Assembly (NCBI GenBank): GCA_963813075.1
Contig: CAWEXU010000030.1
Location: forward strand, 256,001-320,000
Source of the DNA: Methanotrichaceae archaeon
Lineage (GTDB): Archaea > Halobacteriota > Methanosarcinia > Methanotrichales > Methanotrichaceae
Direction of reading: 5' to 3'
Length of the DNA stretch: 64,000 bases
The position numbers and the translations under genes are program-made. The notes beneath the pieces were generated by a model. That model was not told the origin of the DNA. It saw nothing but the letters and a program-made list of their open reading frames with translations, and did not search any database. This document shows positions 51,558 to 61,698 of this stretch, piece by piece (within the stretch, counting starts at the first letter, position 1; each line of letters opens with the position of its first letter).

Positions 51558-52264
51558 GTGAAAGGCAATACCAATACCACAATGCCCCCAGAAGAAATTG
51601 CTCCAGGCATCTATATCCTGCATGAAAGGGATGCCAGACGGCTGGCGACGAGATCGTCCGATCCCGTGCCCGTCTACGGCGAACACATCCACCATGGCTA
51701 TCGCCTCTGGGACCCATACCGCTCGAAGCTCGCCGCCCTCATCCTGAAGGGTAAGGGACCAGGACCTCCCCTTGAAGAATGACTCCAGGGTCCTCTACCT
51801 GGGTGCAGCCACCGGAACCACCGTCAGCCATGTGGCGGATATAGTCTCCGAAGGCCTGGTCTATGCGGTGGAGTTCTCGCCCCGCTCCATGCGCGACCTG
51901 GTCCGGCTGTGCGAGAGGCGCAATAACATCATTCCCATCCTGGCAGATGCGGCAAAGCCAGAGGAGTATGCCCCACTCCTGGAGCCGGTGGACCTGGTCT
52001 ATCAGGACGTAGCCCAGAGAGATCAGGCCCGGATCGCGATGGACAACTGCAGCGAGGTACTTGCGAGATGAGGGCGAGCTATATCTCATGCTCAAGACCC
52101 GTTCTGTGGATACCACCGCCACACCCAGGGCGGTCCTGGATTCTGAGATAAAAAAAATAACAGGCTTCGAGCAGGTGGAGTTCATTGACCTCGTCCCCTA
52201 TCACCAGGACCATTGGGCAGTGCGGGCCAGACGGAATCAAGGCCGATCTGAAGAGGGCCATTGA
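51558..52264 (+). CDS. flpA: Fibrillarin-like rRNA/tRNA 2'-O-methyltransferase, two frameshifts
   Basis: VYGE, YR.WDP.RSKLAA, VLYLGAA.GTTVSH, YAVEFS, QDVAQ.DQ, PY..DH. Confidence 0.92.
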
Positions 52265-52292
52265 TCCCGTCATTTCTGCATTTTGATTTGAT

Positions 52293-53057
52293 CTAACCGA
52301 TGATCTTGTGAATCTCATCGGATATTATATTGGGCAGCAGCCTGATGTAGCCTACCAGGGGAATCTTAACCCTGGCCACCCCTATCACCCACTCCTCTTT
52401 CACCGGGCTCAGATAGCTGATCCCATCTCCCACAATAGTTCCGTTCTGGGTCTGGTAAAGGAGAAGGCCAGTGTTCTTGTCTAAGAATACGTCATCTCCA
52501 ACCCGCATGAGCTCATCGCGATGCTCATCGAAGTACGACATATTGGCCATGCCCAGGGTCTGGCCGGCCATCTGGTCTATGATCTCATTATGGTCCCCTT
52601 TGGTGATATAGCCGGCGAAAGGTGCCGCGGGCCCCCCCTCCCACATCGGCTCATCCTTCTGGACATAATATAGAGCGCGATGGATTATGGGAATGGCCTT
52701 GCCCTGGCCGGGAGGCATTCCCAGGACCAACTTCAGCTGGTCGAAAAGGTTCAGGCTCTCCTTGCCATAAGGCCGGTAGAGGATGACGTCTCCGGGATTG
52801 TTGAACGCGGTGTAGTTTATCTTCTCCGCCTCGTCCCAGGGGATGACATCGGTGCGGCTCGCCCCCTGAACCAGGATGATATCTCCCACATTCAGATTGG
52901 GCACCATGCTCCCCGACTCCACTGCCACCATAGGGGTCCAGAGGCCTAAAGCAAGCTGGGAGAGGAGGGATATCGCTCCCACCACCACCGCCACGAATAT
53001 TATATCCTTGGCCAGCTCCGGAATAGGCAAACTGTCAAACCATTCTCCGATCTTCAT
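52293..53057 (-). CDS. Signal peptidase I (S26, archaeal type)
   Basis: VESGSMVP.LNVGD, PIIHR, YITKGD.N. Confidence 0.9.
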   Translation of the reverse strand: MKIGEWFDSLPIPELAKDIIFVAVVVGAISLLSQLALGLWTPMVAVESGSMVPNLNVGDIILVQGASRTDVIPWDEAEKINYTAFNNPGDVILYRPYGKESLNLFDQLKLVLGMPPGQGKAIPIIHRALYYVQKDEPMWEGGPAAPFAGYITKGDHNEIIDQMAGQTLGMANMSYFDEHRDELMRVGDDVFLDKNTGLLLYQTQNGTIVGDGISYLSPVKEEWVIGVARVKIPLVGYIRLLPNIISDEIHKIIG

Positions 53058-53098
53058 CAGCCACATTTATCAGTTGGTACATTCTTATACTCCTTTCG

Positions 53099-54742
53099 AT
53101 GCTGCGCATATCGCACAAATCGCTCCAGATCAGTCCAGCACAAGGCAGGGAGATAGTGCAGAGGTTTGCCGAGCAGGGCTACCAGCTGGAGCCGGAGGCT
53201 CTGGAGACGATAAGCCGCCACCAGGGTAGCCAGGAGGAGCTTTTGCGGCGCATCATAAGCAGCATAGATCGATCGATAGCGGTGATTGGAATGCAGCACA
53301 TCACGGACTTCATCCAGACCTCTCCGGAAAATGGTGCCTGCCACTCGAATTCGCCCTCCACCTCATTCACTTTACCTCCTCAGGCCAGACCATCTCCTAA
53401 GGCCAGACCGTCTCCTCATCCACCCCCTCCCTCATCCGTCGCCCAGATCACACCACTCATTCCCATCCCATACAAGTCATCCATCGCCGACCACTCCTCC
53501 GGGCCCTGTCTGCCAGATCATACCCCCCCTCCGGAGAGCTGTGCCCACCTGAGCTGCGACATAACCGGCAGGTCTACTTGTGTTGGCGATTACGATGATT
53601 TCGTCTGTTACTTCCGGGACAGATATTCAAAGATCAGAGAGATCCTTTCCCGCCGGATCAACTCCCGGCCGATAGAGTCTCTGGGTAAAAGCACATCGGG
53701 CAGGGAGGTCTCTATCATCGGCATGGTCCTGGATATCAGAAATACCTCCAAAGGCAACCGGGTGATAGAGCTGGAGGACCCCACCGGACTGGTGGTGGCG
53801 GTCATTCAAAAGGATAAAGAGGCGTATGACCAGTCAGGACAGATAATTCCCGATGAGGTCATCGGAGTCACGGGCACATCGGACGGCAATGGAAGGATCT
53901 TTGTCAAGTCCATCCTGTGGCCGGATATGCCAAACCAGACCGCCCCCCTGGAGAAAGGGAGCGGCCATGCCATCCTCATATCCGACCTCCATGTGGGAAG
54001 CAAGTACTTCATGAAAGAAGCCTGGCAAAGGTTCTCCGACTGGCTGAACGGAAAGGTGGATGACCCCTCCGGACTTGCCTCCCAGGTGGAATATCTGGTG
54101 ATTGCCGGGGACCTGGTGGACGGGATTGGAATCTATCCAGGCCAGCAGAACGACCTGGAGATAATGGACATATACGCCCAGTATGATGCGGCAGCACTGA
54201 TGATCAATGCCATAAGAAGCGATATTAAGATCATAATCTCTCCGGGCAACCACGATATTGTGCGCCAGGCGGAGCCCCAGCCCGCTCTGCCCCAGGAGGT
54301 GCAAAAACGCTTCCGACCGGATATGCTGTTTGTGGGCAATCCCGCCCAGGTGACATTGAGCGGTGTATCGGTGCTGATCTACCACGGCCGGAGCATAGAT
54401 GATCTCGTCTTACGTCTGCCTGGCGTTGGTTATGCTAATCCGGAGAAAGCGATGATCGAGATGCTGAGAAGAAGGCACCTCTCCCCCATCTACGGCAGCC
54501 GGGTCTCCATTGCACCGGAGCACGAGGATCATTATGTTATCTCCCGCCCCCCGGCAATACTGCATTGCGGGCACGTCCATACGGTGGGAATTGCCCGGTA
54601 CAAAGGAGTGGCAGTGATAAACAGCGGCACCTGGCAGTCCCAGACCGATTTTCAGAAGAAGATGAACATTCAGCCGATCTGTGCGGTGGCACCGATTGTC
54701 GACCTGGCCACATTAAAGGTTCGCAAACTGATCTTCGCATGA
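53099..54742 (+). CDS. DNA polymerase D small (exonuclease) subunit DP1
   Basis: YF.DRY, OB fold, SDLHVGS, GDLVDG.G.YPGQ, PGNHD, YHGRS, H.GH.H, NSGTWQ.QT. Confidence 0.95.
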   Translation: MLRISHKSLQISPAQGREIVQRFAEQGYQLEPEALETISRHQGSQEELLRRIISSIDRSIAVIGMQHITDFIQTSPENGACHSNSPSTSFTLPPQARPSPKARPSPHPPPPSSVAQITPLIPIPYKSSIADHSSGPCLPDHTPPPESCAHLSCDITGRSTCVGDYDDFVCYFRDRYSKIREILSRRINSRPIESLGKSTSGREVSIIGMVLDIRNTSKGNRVIELEDPTGLVVAVIQKDKEAYDQSGQIIPDEVIGVTGTSDGNGRIFVKSILWPDMPNQTAPLEKGSGHAILISDLHVGSKYFMKEAWQRFSDWLNGKVDDPSGLASQVEYLVIAGDLVDGIGIYPGQQNDLEIMDIYAQYDAAALMINAIRSDIKIIISPGNHDIVRQAEPQPALPQEVQKRFRPDMLFVGNPAQVTLSGVSVLIYHGRSIDDLVLRLPGVGYANPEKAMIEMLRRRHLSPIYGSRVSIAPEHEDHYVISRPPAILHCGHVHTVGIARYKGVAVINSGTWQSQTDFQKKMNIQPICAVAPIVDLATLKVRKLIFA

Positions 54743-54949
54743 GCCAGGGGGTCATCAGTATAATTTTGTATAAACAGTTTATTCGATATCTAAGGGATGG
54801 CTCCGGACGCTTGATCGGCCCGGCCTGGAATCTGCAGGGCATATGATGCAATGTCTTGCCTCCAGGGGCATCATTCTGCCTTTGGCGATCGTTCGATGGC
54901 AATTAGTATCTCTTACCAAAAAAGATAAATATTATAGAGACTGACCATA

Positions 54950-55414
54950 TTGATATCAAACATCGAAAGGGGTGAAACTATTAGACAGAAGGGAGTTATT
55001 TTAGTGCTGGCCATAGCTATGCTCTCAGTGCCTGTGTTTGCACAGGGCATGGGAGGAGTTGGCAGCATAGATATTCTCGGAAAGAACGGCGGAATATTTG
55101 AGACCGAAGGATCGGCCTTCTTCTTCCCGGAGTATCAGGATACCAATGTGGACACGATGATTGTTGGAAATGACAAAGCACTGGCCTTTGGAGTGCCATG
55201 GCATAGGGCACCGGTAACATTGGCCACCAATAACCTGGAGATCATCAAGAACCAGGATACTGGAGAGTGCAACTGCTGCGATACCGGATCCATCTGCCAG
55301 GACTGCTGCATCAAGGTCAATATAGACCAGATCAAGGTCGGCGATAGAAACGCTCTGGCATTCGGATTCGCCTCCGCTACGAACAACGTTAAGGTGGTAG
55401 CCAACCAGCAGTGA
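54950..55414 (+). CDS. Secreted Asn-rich two-repeat protein with Cys-rich linker
   Basis: Signal peptide; NVDTMIVGNDKALAFG..ATNNLEIIKNQ and NIDQIKVGDRNALAFG.ASATNNVKVVANQQ; linker CNCC..C..CC. Confidence 0.75.
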   Translation: MISNIERGETIRQKGVILVLAIAMLSVPVFAQGMGGVGSIDILGKNGGIFETEGSAFFFPEYQDTNVDTMIVGNDKALAFGVPWHRAPVTLATNNLEIIKNQDTGECNCCDTGSICQDCCIKVNIDQIKVGDRNALAFGFASATNNVKVVANQQ

Positions 55415-55446
55415 TATCAAGCCAGTTGATTCAGACAGGATGAGAT

Positions 55447-56010
55447 ATGAAAACTTCAGGGAGACCCGCGGATATAATAAAAGCGGGTTTTCTATTAATT
55501 TTTCTCTTATCGGGCCCGGTCTGTGCCGGACAAAACCCGGACTGCCCGGTCGGGCCCATCAACTCCAGTGAGATAATAGGCCAGTTTCATCGCCCTTCAG
55601 GCGCTGCCTCTACCGATCCTGGCACTGACTTCTTTGATCTATTTAGCCAAAAGAGAGGGAGGGTGATGCAGGATAAGGCGACTTTGGCCGCAGAGCTGGA
55701 AAATCTTTCCGCAGCCTACAGCCAAAAGCACAGGGAGCTTTTGGGCAACCAATCACAGGGGAGCGGAAACAATTCAAGCAGCAACAATTCACATAGCATC
55801 AATCCGGTTAGCCACGGTCCCGCTCCGAGCGATCAGATCACGAATCCTGAGGGCAGGCTTCTAAACCGCCTGGACATAAATGTGCGGGGGATATCCGTCC
55901 GCGCCATCAACACCGTGGAAGGAGGAAGCGCCACTGCCACCTCCAACATAATCATCGAGCCGGTGCAGAGGATCGAAGTCTCTTCCCAGGCAAAAGATAA
56001 GCTGAGATGA
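55447..56010 (+). CDS. Secreted hypothetical protein with low-complexity S/N linker and C-terminal beta-rich segment
   Basis: Hydrophobic N-terminus; NRLDINVRGISVRAINTVEGGSATATSNIIIEPVQ. Confidence 0.7.
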   Translation: MKTSGRPADIIKAGFLLIFLLSGPVCAGQNPDCPVGPINSSEIIGQFHRPSGAASTDPGTDFFDLFSQKRGRVMQDKATLAAELENLSAAYSQKHRELLGNQSQGSGNNSSSNNSHSINPVSHGPAPSDQITNPEGRLLNRLDINVRGISVRAINTVEGGSATATSNIIIEPVQRIEVSSQAKDKLR

Positions 56011-56086
56011 ATAGAGCGCCCAATATTATGGAAGACGAGCTTCCAAGAAGACCCCATAATATTCCGACCAGCCAGGACGGACTGGA

Positions 56087-57385
56087 TCAGGCACTCTTCT
56101 GATCCTTATCCCACTCTTTTTCCATCGCCTCTTTTGCCAGCCTGATGGCGCACAGCTCCGAGCACATGGTGCAGGTGTCGGTCTCCACCCCTCGCCTGTG
56201 TCGTATCTGCTTTGCTTTTGCCGGATTTATCGCCGCCAAAAATTGGCCATTCCAGTCCAGAGCGGCTCGCGCCCTTGCCATCTGCAGATCCCAGGACCGG
56301 GCCCGCTCTCTAACCTCCGGCCGGGTAAGGTCGGCAGCATGGGCGGCGATGCGGGTGACATATGTCCCCTCGATCACATCCTCTCTATTGGGCAGGTCGA
56401 GGTGCTCAGAGGGGGTGGTAGCACAGAGGAAGTCCGCCCCTGCCATGCCGGCGATCACCCCACCCATGGCGGCGGTGATATGGTCGTATCCGGGAGCAAT
56501 GTCCGTCACCAGGGGTCCGAGTAGGTACAGGGGCGCTCCGCCGGTCAGGTGCTTCATCGCCTTCACGCTGGTCTCGATCTCGTCTGCGGGGACATGCCCC
56601 GGACCCTCCACCATGGCCTGCACCCCCGCCGCCCTCGCTCTTCTGACCAGCTCACCGAGCATGATGAACTCCATGTACTTGGCCCGGTCCGAGGCGTCAT
56701 CGATGCAGCCCGGCCGCAGGCCGTCGCCCAGGGAGAGGGTCAATTCGTACTCCCGCGCTATCTCCAGCAGGTAGTCGAACTCCTGGTAGTAGGGGTTCTC
56801 CTCACCCGTATCGGCGATGTACTTCATTGTCAGGGATCCGCCCCGGCTCACTACTCCCATCAAACGGGGATCCTGTCTGAGCCGCTCCAGGGATATCTTG
56901 TTCACCCCCACATGAACGGTGACAAAGTCCACTCCATCTCGGGCCTGCCGCACCAGGGAATCGAACATCCCCTGGCTGGTCAATTCCTTTTTAACGGCGG
57001 CCTGATAGATGGGAACTGTGCCCAGGGGCACCTTCACCGCGGCCAGGATCTTTTTGCGCACCAGGTCCAGGTCCCCTCCGGTGGACAGGTCCATCACCGC
57101 GTCCGCCCCCGCCTCCACCGCGGCCAGGGCCTTTTCCACCTCTGCCTCCGGGGAGTCGAGGTTCTGGGATGTGCCCAGGTTCACATTCACCTTAACGGTC
57201 AGCCCTTCCCCTATGCCCGCCGGATCCAGATCCTCGCGGCGAATGTTGCCGGGAATGACCACCCTGCCCGCGGCCACCAGCCGGGCCAGCTTTGCCGGAT
57301 CTATTCCCTCTTTCTTTGCCACCGATTCGATAATTTGGGGCACGCGCCCACTGCTTGCCTCTTCCATCAGGGTCATTGTTACCAA
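56087..57385 (-). CDS. thiC: ThiC-family radical SAM enzyme (phosphomethylpyrimidine synthase or Bza-type paralogue)
   Basis: [42 protein letters not shown]-terminal CTMCSELC. Confidence 0.85.
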   Translation of the reverse strand: MVTMTLMEEASSGRVPQIIESVAKKEGIDPAKLARLVAAGRVVIPGNIRREDLDPAGIGEGLTVKVNVNLGTSQNLDSPEAEVEKALAAVEAGADAVMDLSTGGDLDLVRKKILAAVKVPLGTVPIYQAAVKKELTSQGMFDSLVRQARDGVDFVTVHVGVNKISLERLRQDPRLMGVVSRGGSLTMKYIADTGEENPYYQEFDYLLEIAREYELTLSLGDGLRPGCIDDASDRAKYMEFIMLGELVRRARAAGVQAMVEGPGHVPADEIETSVKAMKHLTGGAPLYLLGPLVTDIAPGYDHITAAMGGVIAGMAGADFLCATTPSEHLDLPNREDVIEGTYVTRIAAHAADLTRPEVRERARSWDLQMARARAALDWNGQFLAAINPAKAKQIRHRRGVETDTCTMCSELCAIRLAKEAMEKEWDKDQKSA

Positions 57386-57429
57386 CTAATATATTGTAGG
57401 AGCAACTTTTTTGCTTGAGGTGTTTATCA

Positions 57430-58068
57430 ATGGTTGAAGTGCATAAGGTTAGCGGTGCCGCCTTCGATGGCAATGTCTACCTGGTCATGGACAAGAGACC
57501 CATTCTGGTGGACGCGGGCATGATGGCCGGGCCGACCTTAAAGAACATCAAAAAATTCATCGATCCAGCCAAGATCGAGCGGATCGTCCTCACTCATTGC
57601 CATCACGATCATTCCGGTGCCGCTCTTTCCCTGAAGGAGGCGACGGGAGCGCGACTGATGCTGAGCGAAAAGGAGGTGGGCTGCGTGGGCGATGAGCTGG
57701 CGTCGGTGGCATACCTATTCGGCCAGCAGGCTCCCGAGTACAAAGTGGACGAGACTCTGAAAGAGGGGATGGTCCTGGATATAGGGGAATGGCAGCTGGA
57801 GGTCATGGAGACCCCAGGGCACTCCCCAGGGAGCCTTTGCCTTTATGAGAGGACGGAAAAGGTGCTCTTCTCCGGGGATACCGTATTTCCGGACGGGAAC
57901 ATCGGCCGGACGGACATGTTCGGCGGAAGCACTGAGGAATTGGTCAGCTCCATCGAGAGGCTGACCGAGCTGGATGTCAAGATTATGTATCCAGGCCATA
58001 TGGATATAACCAGCCAGGATGTCAATCGCCAGATTCAAATGAGCCTGAGGTTTGCCAAGAGCATCTAG
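57430..58068 (+). CDS. Metallo-beta-lactamase-fold hydrolase (glyoxalase II-like)
   Basis: THCHHDH, TPGHSPGS, FSGDT, PGH. Confidence 0.92.
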   Translation: MVEVHKVSGAAFDGNVYLVMDKRPILVDAGMMAGPTLKNIKKFIDPAKIERIVLTHCHHDHSGAALSLKEATGARLMLSEKEVGCVGDELASVAYLFGQQAPEYKVDETLKEGMVLDIGEWQLEVMETPGHSPGSLCLYERTEKVLFSGDTVFPDGNIGRTDMFGGSTEELVSSIERLTELDVKIMYPGHMDITSQDVNRQIQMSLRFAKSI

Positions 58069-58087
58069 CGGGATGGGAATCGATCTT

Positions 58088-59236
58088 ATGACGGACAAGA
58101 ACGACATTGTGAAAAGGGAATCCGAATCCATATTCCAGACCTACGGCCGCCAGGATGTACTCCTTGTCAAAGGAAGCGGTGCCCGTGTTTGGGACAGCGA
58201 GGGCCGGGAGTATCTGGACTTCGTCGCCGGCATAGCGGTGAACAGCATCGGCCACTGCCATCCACGGATGGTGGAAGCGGTCAGCCGTCAGGCTGCCGCT
58301 CTCATTCATACCTCCAACCTCTACTACACCGAAAACCAGGTACTCCTGGCGGAAGAGCTGAAAAGGCTCACCGGCATGGACCGGGCATACTTTTGCAACT
58401 CCGGGGCGGAGAGCATAGAGGCGGCGCTCAAGCTCGTCCGCCGGGCTACAGGCAGGGCGAAGATCGTGGCGGCAGAGAGGGCCTTTCACGGCCGCACCCT
58501 GGGGGCCCTGGGCCTCACCTATAAGGCTGCTTATAGAGAGCCGTTCCGTCCTCTGCGGGAGGCCCAGTTCGTCCCCTATAGCGACAGCGAGGCTCTGAAA
58601 GCGGCAGTCAGTTCCGAGACAGGAGCGGTGATCTTAGAGCCGGTGCAGGGCGAGGCAGGGGTCTATGTGCCGGACGAAGATTATCTGGAGACGGCGCGGG
58701 ACATATGCGATGACCGGGGAGCCCTACTCATCCTGGATGAGGTGCAGACCGGATTCGGCCGGACCGGCAGGTGGTTTGCCAGGGAGCACTCCGGAGTAGT
58801 CCCCGATATCATCTGCCTGGCCAAGGCCATGGCCGGAGGACTGCCCATAGGAGCGATGCTCGCCCGAGGAAAGATCGCGGAGGCCTTCCAGAAAGGAGAC
58901 CACGGCTCGACCTTCGCCGGCGGACCTCTGATCTGCGCTGCCGCCCTGGCCACAATCGAGGTCATAAAAGAGGAGAAGCTGGTGCAGAGGTCAGAGGAGC
59001 TGGGGGCATATCTGAAGTCCGAGATTGAGAAGCTCAAGCCTCTGGAGGCCCGCGGACTGGGGCTGATGGTTGGCCTGGACCTGGATTGCGACTGCAAATC
59101 CCTGGTGGAGAAGGCCTTGCACAAGGGAGTGCTGATCAACAACACCGGAGAGCATACCCTGCGCCTCATCCCCCCACTGGTAGTGACCAAAGAGGAGATC
59201 GACAGAGTGGTGGAGGTCATCGGTGAGCTCCTCTAG
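58088..59236 (+). CDS. argD: Acetylornithine aminotransferase
   Basis: YLDF.AGIAVN..GH.HP, NSGAES.E.A.K, FHGRT, DEVQTG.GRTG, AK. Confidence 0.92.
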   Translation: MTDKNDIVKRESESIFQTYGRQDVLLVKGSGARVWDSEGREYLDFVAGIAVNSIGHCHPRMVEAVSRQAAALIHTSNLYYTENQVLLAEELKRLTGMDRAYFCNSGAESIEAALKLVRRATGRAKIVAAERAFHGRTLGALGLTYKAAYREPFRPLREAQFVPYSDSEALKAAVSSETGAVILEPVQGEAGVYVPDEDYLETARDICDDRGALLILDEVQTGFGRTGRWFAREHSGVVPDIICLAKAMAGGLPIGAMLARGKIAEAFQKGDHGSTFAGGPLICAAALATIEVIKEEKLVQRSEELGAYLKSEIEKLKPLEARGLGLMVGLDLDCDCKSLVEKALHKGVLINNTGEHTLRLIPPLVVTKEEIDRVVEVIGELL

Positions 59237-60278
59237 GCAAAGGACCAGGGAGAGCCTGAAGAGGCTGCGCCCCTATGTGGCCGGCAAGGGCTTTGTTGAG
59301 ATCTCCCGCCGCTATGGCCTGGACCCGGCGGAGATAGTTAAGCTGGGAAGCAATGAGAACCCTTACGGCCCCAGCCCCAGGGTGAAGGAGGCCCTGCAGG
59401 ATATCTCCCCGGAGAGGTATCCAGAGCCCGAAGAGCTCTTGGCGAGCCTGGCCAGATACACCGGCTTTCCCGAGGAGATGATAGTGATAGGAGCGGGAAT
59501 GGACGGGGTGATGGACACCTTAACCCGCCTTTTTCTGGAGAAGGGCGACCGAACGTTCATTCCCACCCCCACCTTCAGCTACTATGAGATCCTGACCGTC
59601 CTGGCGGACGCTGAGCCCCTATTCTCCCCTCGAGGGCCGGACTTCCAGATTGAGGAGACGGTTCCAAAGGACGTGAAGATGGCCTTTCTCTGCTCGCCCA
59701 ACAATCCCACCGGGAACGTCCTGAAGGAGGATGAGCTGTGCCGTCTGCTGGAGACCACGGAGGCCATCGTATTTTTGGATGAGGCCTATGTGGAGTTCGC
59801 CGATCGGAGCCTGGCGGAGCTGGTGAATAGATACGAGAACCTGGTGGTGGGCAGAACCCTGTCCAAGGCCTTCGGCCTGGCGGGGATGCGTCTGGGATAT
59901 GCTCTGATGCCCCAGTGGATGGCAGAAGAGTACCGCCGGGCGGCTCCGCCCTTCTTTGCCATCTCCTGCGCCTCGGTGGCTGCCGGGGTGGCGGCACTCA
60001 GGGATCTGGATTATATGAACGAATCAGTGAAGAAAATCAGAATGGAGCGCGGGCGTCTGCAAAAAGAGATCAACTCCTATCCCTCCCAGGGCAATTTCCT
60101 CTACCTGAAAACCGAGGAGCCCTCGGACTCATTTGCCGAGAGGTTCCTGAAAAAGGGAGTCATCATTCGCGACTGCCGCTCCTTCCGGGGAGCAGGAGAG
60201 CATCACGTCCGGGTGACCGTAGGAACCCCAGCGGAGAACGAGCGCTTCCTGGCCGCCTTCAGGGAGATCAGGCAGTGA
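59223..60278 (+). CDS. hisC: Histidinol-phosphate aminotransferase
   Basis: KLGSNENP, SPNNPTG, DEAYVEF, RTLSKAFGLAG.RLGY. Confidence 0.92.
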   Translation: MSSSRQRTRESLKRLRPYVAGKGFVEISRRYGLDPAEIVKLGSNENPYGPSPRVKEALQDISPERYPEPEELLASLARYTGFPEEMIVIGAGMDGVMDTLTRLFLEKGDRTFIPTPTFSYYEILTVLADAEPLFSPRGPDFQIEETVPKDVKMAFLCSPNNPTGNVLKEDELCRLLETTEAIVFLDEAYVEFADRSLAELVNRYENLVVGRTLSKAFGLAGMRLGYALMPQWMAEEYRRAAPPFFAISCASVAAGVAALRDLDYMNESVKKIRMERGRLQKEINSYPSQGNFLYLKTEEPSDSFAERFLKKGVIIRDCRSFRGAGEHHVRVTVGTPAENERFLAAFREIRQ

Positions 60279-60279
60279 T

Positions 60280-60792
60280 ATGCAGATCGCCCTGACCGGC
60301 ACTCCGGGGACGGGCAAGACCACCGTTGCCCGATTTTTGCCTTACCGGGTGATAGACATCAACGCCCTAGTTAGGGAGGGGCTGAACTTCGGCACCGATC
60401 CGGTGAGGGGCTGCCTGGAGGCGGACATGGATGGACTGGCCGAGCGCCTGGCGGAGATGGAGACGGAGGAGATCTCCATCCTGGAGGGGCATTTCTCCCA
60501 TCACTTCGCCAACTGGTCGATAGTCCTCCGCCTTTCACCCCAGGAGCTGGAGACCCGATTGAAAGGGCGGGGCTACTCGCCGGAGAAGATCAGGGAAAAC
60601 CTGGAAGCGGAAGCCTTGGATGTGATCCTGGTCGAGGCGGTGGAGTACTGCTCTCGGGTGGACGAGATCGATACCACCGGACGGAGTCCCCAGGAGGTGG
60701 CCGATCTGGTGGCAAAAATAATAGAGGGAAAGCGGGCTATGCCCCCCGGCCAGGTGGACTGGATGAGCGAATTTTTTGAATTGAGAGTATGA
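60280..60792 (+). CDS. Adenylate kinase AK6/Fap7-like
   Basis: TGTPGTGKTT, EGHFSH, RGY..EKI.EN.EAE. Confidence 0.9.
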   Translation: MQIALTGTPGTGKTTVARFLPYRVIDINALVREGLNFGTDPVRGCLEADMDGLAERLAEMETEEISILEGHFSHHFANWSIVLRLSPQELETRLKGRGYSPEKIRENLEAEALDVILVEAVEYCSRVDEIDTTGRSPQEVADLVAKIIEGKRAMPPGQVDWMSEFFELRV

Positions 60793-60832
60793 AATCTTTT
60801 TGATTCGCCCAAGAATGCCAAAAAAGAAGTTT

Positions 60833-61685
60833 TCAGGACTTGAGCGCCTTCGCAATTATCGGCGCTACAGAGACGGTGCTCACTCCCTTGTCCAGGGTGT
60901 CCGTGGCAAAAATGCCCTCCACCCCGGAGCGGTAGAGCTTGAGGACCGCCGAGCCGGTGAGGACGGGGTGCACTGCCGCCAGATAGACCCGGGCTGCCCC
61001 CTGGGCGCGCAGCATCTCTATGGCTGTGGCCATGGTGCCGCCGGTGGCGATCATATCATCGAATATCACCACGTCCCTGCTCCCGGACATCGATCTCTTT
61101 GGGGGCCATAGAGACCTCGGTACCGGAGAGGCGGGTCTTCTGCAGGTAGTCGCTATCCGCCTTCAAGCAGGCGGCCGCAGTCCTGGCCATCGCCATTGCT
61201 CCCTTATCCGGGGATATGACCACCGGGTCCTTCAGCCCTAAGGAGGCCACCTTCTCCGCTAAAAGGGGCGTGGCATCCAGGTTGTCTGCCGGGCAGCTGA
61301 AATGCTCCATAATGGATGGGGCATGGATGTTGACCAGATGGACCCGGCCCTTTTTCAAGAAGGGATTCAGAGCTCTGGCCACCGCCCTGGCGGTCATGGG
61401 CTCGCCCGGCTTGAAGATCTTATCCTGGCGGGCATAGCCGAAGTAGGGTATGACCAGATCGATGCTGCTCTCCTGGCAGACATCCAATAGCTGCAACAGA
61501 TAGACCAGATCCTGATCGGTAGGGGTGGACTGGATTATTGCCACCTTATCGTCCAGCGGGGCAGTCACCTGGGTATATGACTCCCCATCGGGAAAGGTCT
61601 TGTAGTCGCATAGCGCTAGCGTTTCACCCAAAATCGCCGCCACCCTGCCCGCCAAAAGCTGGGAGGCCGGACCTCCTATGATCAA
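60833..61685 (-). CDS. prs: Ribose-phosphate pyrophosphokinase, frameshifted near 61085
   Basis: FPDGE, PYFGYARQDK.F..GE, SPDKG; second frame DDMIATGGT. Confidence 0.92.
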
Positions 61686-61698
61686 TCTCTATCCTCCT

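Noticed and set aside
53330..53545. Pro/Ser-rich insert in DP1 as intein or novel domain
   Set aside because: No intein terminal motifs; DP1 normally has a variable low-complexity linker here.
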